NCBI RefSeq assembly: GCF_001194135.2
Contig: NC_068990.1
Span: 41,293,415 to 41,333,062 of the forward strand
Direction: 5' to 3'
DNA from: Octopus bimaculoides
Taxonomy: Eukaryota
DNA length: 39,648 nucleotides
Below, piece by piece: positions 11,029 to 21,225 of this stretch. The notes beneath the pieces are model-generated. The model saw only the letters and a program-made list of their open reading frames with translations. It was not told the DNA's origin and did no database searches. The first letter of the stretch is position 1, and each line of letters starts with the position of its first letter. The translations under genes and the position numbers were made by a program.

Positions 11029-11666
11029 ATACTGTCATCAATTAAATGTCATTTCACTACTTCTATATATATTACAGTAGAATTAGGTTAATCTAGCAGT
11101 GATTGTTTCTAACCGTCTAATTACTTTAAAGTATTTCGTTTTGAATATCTATGTTCTGATTTATAAGATCAATCGGTATCAGATTTACTTTTTAGTCTTT
11201 TATATCTTCACAATCGATAAACTGATAACCAATAATAAAGTGAGATCGATTAAATCAAAATATAAGTTCAAAAAGTTTCCCACATAAAACGAAAGATGCC
11301 TAACACTGTTTCAGTGTCACAGTTTGTACATTAAACTGACACCATTTGTTTTTTTATTAACATTTTATTTATCGAGTCAGCAATGTTAACTTCAACTGAT
11401 TATTGTAAATATATTGTAAATGTCCCAGTTGGTATTTTCCGATGTTCTCAGCACAAACATTCTAGAAAAAACATCGATCGCTTTCGTCACAAAATCTGCA
11501 CGATATTAATAAACTCCGGTGAGTAGTGTTCGGTAACTAACTTTACTGAAGTAATATCAAGTTCATGTCAACAAGCATGAGCACAACAACAATGACAACA
11601 TCAAACACAATAGCAGCAACAAGAACTGCGGCAATAACAGCGACGGTAACACTGGGTTCCAATATA

Positions 11667-12220
11667 CACAGACATGCAGGAAGTAAATAGACACCTTAAA
11701 TTTTCAAAATTTCTAATCTAAGCGTCTTAATATGTTTTCAGCGGTGTAAAATTTACAACGTGATTATCCTTTTTCATTCCAGGTGCCATTATATTAGACA
11801 TTTGCGAAGAGTAACATTCCCAAGCACGAAAATTTCAGCAGAACTGTTAGATTTTGAAAGAGGTCGTATTGTTGGGCAAAAAATTGCCGAAAATCTTCAA
11901 ATTCCTCTTGCTACTGTTAATAGAATTATAGTGCAATTCAAAAACCAAGGAAAAGAATCCACAGACTCTCGGCCCGGCCGATCTAGGCCATCGGAAAGGG
12001 AGCTTTGCTGTTTGAAGAGAATTGTGGAAAACGAACCTCGTTCGAAAACTTCTGACATTGCAAAACAGCTAAAAGTTTGTCCAAGAACGTGTGTTACATA
12101 AGTGCATAAGTGTGGGTGTTATGGACGAGCAGCTACAAGAAAACCTCTCCTTCTACCAATCAATATCAAATAAAAGATCTTGAAAACTAAAGATGTCTAT
12201 TTACTTCCTGCATATCTGTG
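11667..12220 (+). mobile_element. Tc1-family transposon, internally deleted (N-terminal HTH part of the transposase only)
   Basis: 27-bp TIRs (11667-93 and 12194-220, 26/27 match) flanked by TA; translation [12 protein letters not shown]...[13 protein letters not shown]...SRPGR...GRAATRKPLL. Confidence 0.93.
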
Positions 12221-12372
12221 TACATCTCACTGGTGCAGAGAAATGCATCATCTGTGAGTTTTCTAAGGTCTTACGTATATTTGGAGCTTTCGACAACTCA
12301 CATTCTCAACCATTTGAGCCATCCGAAGTTGATTAGGTCTCAGACTATATCTCAGTACCATATATATATATA

Positions 12373-12446
12373 TAGTAGTACCTCGGTTTTCGAACGACTC
12401 TGATCGCGAATAAATCTTTCTATATATCTATATATATCTATATCTA

Positions 12447-12494
<48 letters not shown>

Positions 12495-12550
12495 TATAGA
12501 TAGATATATAATCGTGCTTTATATCTATCTATCTCCCTACCCCTCTCTCT

Positions 12551-12610
<60 letters not shown>

Positions 12611-12702
12611 AGAGAGACGGGTAGGGAGTAGGGAGATAGATAGATAGATATAAAGCACGATTTATTCGTGATCAGATTTGTTCGAAAACCGAGGTTCTAC
12701 TG
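12373..12702. mobile_element. Tigger-like fold-back MITE with microsatellite core
   Basis: tagtagtacctcggttttcgaac...cgaataaatc is inverted relative to gatttattcgtg...gttcgaaaaccgaggttctactg+TA. Confidence 0.8.
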
Positions 12703-12708
12703 TATATA

Positions 12709-12919
12709 TTCTTTTACTTGTTTCAGTCATTTAACTGCGACCATGCTGGAGCACCGCCTTTAGTCGAACAAATCGACCCCAGGATTTATTCTTTGTAACC
12801 CTCGTACTTATTCAATCGGTCATATTTGCCGAACCGCTAATATTACAGGGACGTAAACATATCAACATCGGTTGTCAAGCGCCGGTGGGGGGACAAACAC
12901 AGACGCACAAATACATACA

Positions 12920-12950
<31 letters not shown>

Positions 12951-12980
12951 GTAAATACGACGGGCTTCTTTCAGTTTCCA
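12709..12980 (-). mobile_element. SINE family 1 lacking its head
   Basis: Starts ttcttttacttgtttcagtc; ends cgacgggcttctttcagtttcc. Confidence 0.92.
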
Positions 12981-13084
12981 TACACTCATAACCATCTATT
13001 TTAGTTCTGAGTCTATTCTGTACTAAGGCTGGGGTGGTGCTTATTGTTATTGTTTCTGCCAATACAGCCGTCGTTGCTATTTTT

Positions 13085-13740
13085 GTTTCTATGTAAGTAG
13101 AAAGTATCTAATTTTTTTTATTATTCAGGGTGGATATAATGCTCCCTAAATTATATATAAGGCTATAAACCTATCTTAATTGTACTACTATTTATAAGTT
13201 TAGAATACCTATTATTCTTATCAAAACGTCTATTTAACACGTTCAATAATTGCTTAGCTAAGTCCGTCCTTATTTGCATTGCAAAAGGGATTTTGCACCA
13301 GATCTTATCTGCTGATTTACTAGTAGTTTCTTCGTGGAAGGTATGCTTATTGATATTATTTTTCCTGCGTCCATTGACCCTCCTAGTTCTACCTAATATG
13401 TTACTATTATTTTTGTAATTATTCATACTGTTACTAAATCTGATCTTATTAGTGTCATTTGCTGCTGCTACTTGCGCATTTTTGCAACGCTTGGATGCAT
13501 GGTCATGCGCAGTAATATTGCCGTTAGCATATTCGTTATTACTACTATCCATTTCACGATCGTGTGGGATATATTTAATTCTCTCCCTATAGCCCGACTC
13601 CATAAGTGCCTTATCGTATTTATTCTTATGTCCTCATTAGATGAGAGATAGGAAATCCTTTTTCTAATGCCGCTTATCAAAGCCCTTTTTACTGATTGTT
13701 GATGGTTATTTTGATAGTTGCTTTACATAAATTTTTAAAA
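13085..13740 (-). mobile_element. Penelope-like element relic, RT thumb plus linker (probably Naiad clade)
   Basis: ALISGIRKRISYLSSNEDI...ESGYRERIKY...IWCKIPFAMQIRTDLAKQLLNVLNRRFDKNNRYSKLINSSTIKIG, then (frameshift) SLIYNLGSIISTLNNKKI, matches the PLE pattern I.KRLS.LSS.E.IF...SGY...IWFNPPF...N..TIK.SYSCMPN..SII..HNKK. Confidence 0.85.
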
Positions 13741-15088
13741 AATGAAAATACCCGTAAATAAGTTGTAGTATTCCCTAGACCATTACTAGCTCACTCTTTT
13801 ACCTTCGGACCTTGTAGACCCAAGATGGTTGATTATATGCTTTTAATATATTGGGCATCTAGACTTCTTTTCTAGACTGTTTTCTGTTCTATTCTTTCTT
13901 CCCTTTGTTTATATTGGATGCTCCTGTTTATTACTCTGATGAAGCTCCGGGCTTTAATTCGAATGTCCTATGAAGAAGAAGAATCTTATTCTCGCAATTA
14001 TTTATAGACGGCGTTTGGCAAGGGATGCAGAAACGGCCGTAAGATTTGCTACGCCACTTACTTGTTATGTCATGGTTTGTATTAAAAAATATGCTATAAA
14101 TATGGTGCAATCGATGTCTTTGTTAATTTGAGGTTTTCTCCATTTTCTGATTATTTGTATTTGTTTCCTGATAAATTCTTGTTTATCCTGTTATCACCTG
14201 CATTCTACGTGCATTGTGTGCCTGCACACCAATGGCCGAAGATAACACGGGTGACGGATACCGATAGCACATACGGATATTTTATCAACTCAGTCGATTA
14301 CTATAACCGCTAACTCTGTTTACACTATNNNNNNNNNNNNNNNNNNNNNNNNNNNNNNNNNNNNNNNNNNNNNNNNNNNNNNNNNNNNNNNNNNNNNNNN
14401 NNNNNNNNNNNNNNNNNNNNNNNNNNNNNNNNNNNNNNNNNNNNNNNNNNNNNNNNNNNNNNNNNNNNNNNNNNNNNNNNNNNNNNNNNNNNNNNNNNNN
14501 NNNNNNNNNNNNNNNNNNNNNNNNNNNNNNNNNNNNNNNNNNNNNNNNNNNNNNNNNNNNNNNNNNNNNNNNNNNNNNNNNNNNNNNNNNNNNNNNNNNN
14601 NNNNNNNNNNNNNNNNNNNNNNNNNNNNNNNNNNNNNNNNNNNNNNNNNNNNNNNNNNNNNNNNNNNNNNNNNNNNNNNNNNNNNNNNNNNNNNNNNNNN
14701 NNNNNNNNNNNNNNNNNNNNNNNNNNNNNNNNNNNNNNNNNNNNNNNNNNNNNNNNNNNNNNNNNNNNNNNNNNNNNNNNNNNNNNNNNNNNNNNNNNNN
14801 NNNNNNNNNNNNNNNNNNNNNNNNNNNNNNNNNNNNNNNNNNNNNNNNNNNNNNNNNNNNNNNNNNNNNNNNNNNNNNNNNNNNNNNNNNNNNNNNNNNN
14901 NNNNNNNNNNNNNNNNNNNNNNNNNNNNNNNNNNNNNNNNNNNNNNNNNNNNNNNNNNNNNNNNNNNNNNNNNNNNNNNNNNNNNNNNNNNNNNNNNNNN
15001 NNNNNNNNNNNNNNNNNNNNNNNNNNNNNNNNNNNNNNNNNNNNNNNNNNNNNNNNNNNNNNNNNNNNNNNNNNNNNNNNNNNNNNNN

Positions 15089-16096
15089 GACTACATACCA
15101 CAAAAAGTAGGGATAATTTCGAAAGGGAATGAAACATAAAAACATTTACCAATCTATATTCTGTACCATGGTTTCAAGTCAATTTTAGTAAGATAAAAAT
15201 TATATATCTCACAAACATCGGACTATCATCGGCAGAATGACCAGACAACATTCGAGATACGAGTCAAATAGAGAGCATGGTTCGTATTCGAATATCTTAT
15301 TTTCCAAATTTACCGCGTATTTGCGGTTTACCTATTCGGCAGTAAGTACACAAATGCCGATTTTCAATCAGAAATTAGCCAGATATTCGAATACGAACCA
15401 TGCTCTCTATTTGACTCGTATCTCAAATGTTGTCTGGTCATTCTGCCGATGATAGTCCGACCTTTGTGAGATATATAATTCTTATCTTACTAAAATTGAC
15501 TTGAAACCATGGTACAGAATATAGATTGGTAAATGTTTTTATTTTTCATTCCCTTTCGAAATTATCCCTACTTTTTGTGGTATGTAGTCTTGCTGCTATT
15601 TCTAGCGGGTTAGATGTCCTATTACAGGCATCTCTGTATTTTAAATGAATAATATATAGTCTATTGACTGTTTTTTACCCTCGCTAGACCACTGGTGGTA
15701 AATAAAAAAATTTTTGCTACCCTGTATTTTATTAATAATTTTTTTGGCTAATTTTTGATTGAAAATCGGCATTTGTGTATTTACTGCCGAATAGGTAAAC
15801 CGCAAATACGCGGTAAATTTGGAAAATTAGATATTCGAATACGAACCATGCTCTCTATTTGACTCGTATCTCGAATGTTGTCTGGTCATTCTGCCGATGA
15901 TAGTCCGACCTTTGTGAGATATATAATTTTTATCTTACTAAAATTGACTTGAAACCATGGTACAGAATATAGATTGGTAAATGTTTTTATTTTTCATTCC
16001 CTTTCGAAATTATCCCTACTTTTTGTGGTATGTAGTCTTGCTGCTATTTCTAGCGGGTTAGATGTCCTATTAAGGCATCTCTGTATTCTAAATGAA
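15089..16096. repeat. Inverted plus direct local triplication of an unclassified sequence
   Basis: 15089-15380 is the reverse complement of 15746-16037; 15381-15649 is a direct copy of 15829-16096; a few substitutions distinguish the copies. Confidence 0.95.
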
Positions 16097-16669
16097 ATAT
16101 ATATATATATATATGCATGTGTTTCAATGTTTCTGTGGATCCGTGTTTGTAGAGTGCATACAGATATAAAGCTGTAGTGAAATACATATAGTATACTAAA
16201 TTTACATCCAGAACTACGACTGATATTCAGAGTCTCTCTCTCTTCCTCCCTTCTCTCTCTCTTCCTCCCTTCTCTCTCTCCCCCTTTCCTACAGATTTTA
16301 TGTATATATACACACTTTAATACATATGTATGCATCTATACCCATATATGTGTGTGTGTGTAAGTATGTATATACATATTAATATATGTACTTCATCTAA
16401 ATAGACACGTGTGTGCGTGCATATGTATGTGTGTGTGTGAGAGAGAGTTTGTGCGTGTGCGTGTGTTTGTGTGCTTTAGATGGAATATTTAATGAGTTGC
16501 TAATCTCCTACTTCCGGGCAACTAGGCGCCCGGTATTATTGCTGACAAACGGATGTAAAGCTCCCGTCTGGTTGTGTGTGGTTAAGTCCAGTGGGTGTGG
16601 CCACCAAACAAGTAGCAAGAATTATAGCTTTGAAACATTACTTATCATGTACCTCTGTTTATTGTTGTC

Positions 16670-16674
<5 letters not shown>

Positions 16675-16738
<64 letters not shown>
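16675..16738. repeat. (GTA)n microsatellite
   Basis: Direct reading. Confidence 0.97.
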
Positions 16739-16739
<1 letters not shown>

Positions 16740-17143
16740 ACATCTGTTGTTGCATTAGTTCTAGCAGTTGTTGTTGTTGGTGCTGCAACAACTGCAGTTA
16801 GAAATTGACGTTTCATTCCGTCACTGCACCTAGTTTCCCGCGGACACGTCAACATTGCACACAGTGACATATACACACACACTCGATTACAAACATATAT
16901 ATATTGAGACAGATAAACTCACACAAATACATACATGTATAAACACGCACACAGACACAGACACACACACATAAACATAAGCGTGTGTGTATTTATATAT
17001 CTTTCGGTTTAAGATATGTTTCAGGTTTATTGATCTTCATCAGCACATATTTTAGTTAAATTCTGTTAGTTGAGTTCGATATTTAATTAAATTTGCTATT
17101 GCTTTATCTGTTGATAAAAATACTCTATGTGCATGTGTGCATA

Positions 17144-18100
17144 TGAAGTGTCGCCCAAAAGTAACCGGAAATATTCTCTATGGGACAAACCCATTGTAGT
17201 TCAGGCTATCGCCTCTACAAGCCACTTGATGCAACCCTCAGTCATCAGTCTGCCGACCGACGTCGTAGCGTGGGGTCCTACTGCAACGCAGTGTATCTTT
17301 GTTTTACAGTGTTTCTCCTCTGTCCGACGACTCTTGTGATGGCTAAAACGAAGGAACAGCGTGTTTCCGTGAAATTCTGTTTTCTGCTGGGGTAAACGGT
17401 GGCAGAGACAGTTGTCATGCTTCAAACAGCTTACAAGGACGCTGCCACGAGCAAAACACATGTTTACAAGTCATTTTCACGCTTTAGGAATAGTCATTTG
17501 CCGTTTGAAGACCAATCTCGTTAGAGCGACCGTCGACCTACCGAACGAAAGAAAACATCACGAAAATTCATGAACTGATCTTGGAGGACCGTTGCCCAAC
17601 AACTGATTCACTCGTTTATATGATTCTGATTTGTTTCATCGATGCAAAAGGAATTGTCCACACAATATTTGCTCCTTCTGGTCAAACTGTTAACCAGACG
17701 CGGCGAAACGAAAACGCCCCGATCTGTGGCCAAGTGGAGAGTGATGGTTTCACCACGACAATGTACCTGCGCAAGTCACCTTGAGTGTGAGACAGTTTTT
17801 GACCAAAAGTGGCATCACCCTGATTACCCACCCTCATTATTCACCCGATCTTGCTCCCTGTGGCTTCTTTTTGTTACCGTGAATGAAAAAAGCCCTTAAA
17901 CGAAAACATACTGTAGATGTGGAAGAGGTGAAGAAAAAAGACGACGGAAGTCTTAAAAGACTGCTTCACACAGCGGAAAACGCCTCTGGAGCGATGCATT
18001 ACTTCAAATGGAGAGTACTTTGAGGCAATATAAGTGTAAATATATAAAACCAAGTGAATAAAATATTACAAAATTCCGGTTTCTTTTGGGTACGCCCTCG
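17144..18100 (+). mobile_element. mariner-family transposon, internally deleted pseudogene
   Basis: Imperfect TIRs (...cccaaaagtaaccggaa and ttccggtttcttttggg...cctcg) with TA flanks; translation MAKTKEQRVSVKFCFLLG*TVAETVVML...FIDAKGIVH...HHDNVPA...HPHYSPDLAPCGFFL...NGEYFE. Confidence 0.93.
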
Positions 18101-18247
18101 TATACCTATATGTGAACATTCATTCATTTCGAAAAGCTTTTCCTATTCATGATTTCTTCGACATGCATATACATATACGTACATACATTCATGCACACAC
18201 GCACACTCATGTACATATACATTTGCACACACGCATATATATACATA

Positions 18248-18406
18248 TAGGAGTGGCTGTGTGGTAAGTAGCTAGCTTACCAACCACATGGTCCCGGGTT
18301 CAGTCCCACTGCGCGGCATCTTGGGCAAGTGTTTTCTACTATAGCCTCGGGCCGACCAAAGCCTTGTGAGTGGATTTGGTAGACGGAAACTGAAAGAAGC
18401 CCGTCG

Positions 18407-18441
<35 letters not shown>

Positions 18442-18658
18442 ATGTTTGTATGTGTGTGTTTGTCCCCCCAACATCGCTTGACAACCGATGCTGGTGTATT
18501 TATGTCCCCGTAACTTAGCGGTTCGGCAAAAGAGACCGATAGAATAAGTACTAGGCTTCTAAAGAATAAGTCCTGGGGTCGATTTGCTCGACTAAAAGGC
18601 GGTGCTCCAGCATGGCCACAGTCAAAAGACTGAAACAAGTAAAAGAGTAAAAGAGTAA
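18248..18658 (+). mobile_element. SINE family 1, near full length
   Basis: A-box-like tggctgtgtgg, B-box-like ggttcagtccc, (TA)n(TG)n core, tail (aaaagagt)n. Confidence 0.96.
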
Positions 18659-18844
18659 ATATATCCGTGTGTAATGCACATACGCGCGCGCGGCACACTC
18701 GCATCACATGATCGCGGGTCTCCAACCTTGTTACTAACTGCAAAATTCATCTACATTGCGAGTAGTTTATACATATACACATAATCCTCTACGTTCTGTT
18801 ATTAATTTATGCACTCTCTTAAATTATAAATGATTGAGTTACTT

Positions 18845-18887
<43 letters not shown>

Positions 18888-19263
18888 CGTTTTCTAGTGA
18901 TATCTCATTGTTTATGTATTTGTCCTGCACCAGGTAATCAACTTAATTACTGAGGGCCATTCATTTGCACTGATAGAAGAGAAATATGGGGGTTTGATGT
19001 GTTAGTTGTGCTGAATTAGGATTTAAATACATTTGAATTCATAAGAGAATATCCAAGATTCCATTTGAACACATTTCAACACATTGATGCTTGAACACAT
19101 TGATGCTCATATGTTACCATTGGAAGGAACTTTTCCTCAGTTATATTCGACCTGTAACAGACATGTCTGCTCTGTAATAAGCATATTTGTAATATACAAG
19201 TAAAAACATACATTAGATATTTTTTTTAGTTTGGGGTTGAAGCCATCTTGCTTTTTTTTTTAA

Positions 19264-19673
19264 TCTTTTCCTTTTTTTTTTTTCAGTCATTAGACTGCGG
19301 CCATGCCGAGGAACCGTCTTGAGGAATTTTAGTCGAACTAATTCACCTCAGTAGTTATTTTCTGTTTATAACCTGGCACTTATTCAATCGGTCGTCTTTG
19401 CTGAACCGTTAGGTTACGGGAACATAAACACACCAAAACCAGTTGTCAAGCAATGGTAGTAGACAAGGACGGACACAATGACACACACACACACACACAC
19501 ACACTCGCGCACACATAAAGACACACACACACACACACACATATGCGACGAGCTTCTTTCAGTTTCCGTCCACCAAGTCAATTCACAAGACTTTGGTCGG
19601 CACATGCAGTCGGACTGAACCCGGAACCATGTAGTTGAAAAGCAAACTTCTTACCACACAGCCTCACCTGTAC
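19264..19673 (-). mobile_element. SINE family 1, full length, diverged
   Basis: Reverse complement aligns end to end with 18248-18658. Confidence 0.9.
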
Positions 19674-19889
19674 CTTTTGACATCATTTTTCGGAGAAATT
19701 TTTATATACCTTGTACAATTTCTGTGCTGGGAGACATGATCTGCTTCATGAACCGAATTAACGTTTATTGTTGTTAGATGGCTCACCTAGCTTAATGAGA
19801 ATTATAAAGTTTTTGATAACCTTCAATTTGACACACATTAATATTTAATCCATGCTCCAAAACTGCTCTATTCCAGCACACCTATAATC

Positions 19890-20012
19890 AAATAGGTTCC
19901 AACCATTTGATATATTTCATCACATATTTCATCGAATATTCCATGTTTTAATGCACACAGGTGTGATTTGAGGGAGATTTGACTGCCGATTCTAGCAGTT
20001 AGATGGTCACAT
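19890..20012 (-). repeat. Dispersed repeat family D, fragment
   Basis: ggtgtgatttgagggagatttgactgccgattctagcag is the reverse complement of the family D motif. Confidence 0.5.
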
Positions 20013-20189
20013 ATTACTTCTATTGTTGGTTCTGTATTTGGTTATTTTCCATTCCAGGTGATAATTGATCAAAGTGTTAATAGTTGTAGTCTAAATCATT
20101 TAAACAAAAGGAAATTGCATGTGTCAAAATGAGGATGCACTCTATCGTTAGCTATCGCATACAGCTAGCGGTATTGGAACACACACTCA

Positions 20190-20241
<52 letters not shown>

Positions 20242-20330
20242 CACACACTCATACACAAGCACAGACAGATGCGCACCAACACATATCTTTTTACATACAT
20301 GCAAACAAAATTACATTCATACCTGTACTT

Positions 20331-20395
<65 letters not shown>

Positions 20396-20740
20396 CACAC
20401 AGATATTCGTCTAAGCATCCATAAAGAGGGGGCTTTATATAATATAGTATCACGGACCCGTTTCAGTAAATTTTGCTAATTGGTTTCATGCACGAGAATT
20501 TGGGAAACCAATTTCGGTACTCATCAGAGGGTTACAGGAAAAGTACAGCTTAAGTCAATGACACTGGGGGGGGGGGGGTCATACATGCATCTTTTTGACT
20601 CCTAATGTCATGGAATACCAAACCTTCTGACTAGTGTTGAGAATTGGTTTTCCAGAACTTTAGCATGCGAAACCCACTGGTAAAATTGACATGAAAATGG
20701 GACTACATTATTGTATCGCATGAATAATATTAATTTGTAT

Positions 20741-21078
20741 AAGCGCAAGCGTGACTGAGTCGTAAGAAGCTTGATTCCTAAACACATGGTTTCGGGTTGA
20801 GCCCCACTGTGTGACATCTTGGGCAAGTGTCTTCTTTGGTTGACAGAAACTGAATGAAACCCGTCGTATATATATATGTATGTGTGTGTGTTTGTCCCCC
20901 ACCCCGGTATTGATGCATTTACTTTCCCGTAACTTAGCGGCTTGGCAAAAGAGATCGATAGAATAAGTGCATGACTTAAAAAATAAGTTAGTAGTATCGA
21001 TTCAGTCGACTAAAAAATCTTCAATGCGGTGCCCCAGCATGGTCACAGTCTAATGACAGAAACCAGTAACAAATAAAA
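20741..21078 (+). mobile_element. SINE family 1, diverged, with internal deletion
   Basis: Head, cttgggcaagtgtcttct, gaaacccgtcg, tail ggtgccccagcatgg. Confidence 0.88.
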
Positions 21079-21225
21079 GGTGTGTATCTCTCAATCTCTC
21101 TCTATACATACATACATACATACATACATACATACATACATACATACATACATACGCACACAGATATATATACAGGATGTCCCAAAAAAGTATATACACN
21201 NNNNNNNNNCACACAGATATATATA

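Noticed and set aside
15089-16096. Repeat-spacer-repeat layout as a CRISPR-like array
   Set aside because: Units are hundreds of bp, with one inverted, in eukaryotic DNA and without unique spacers.
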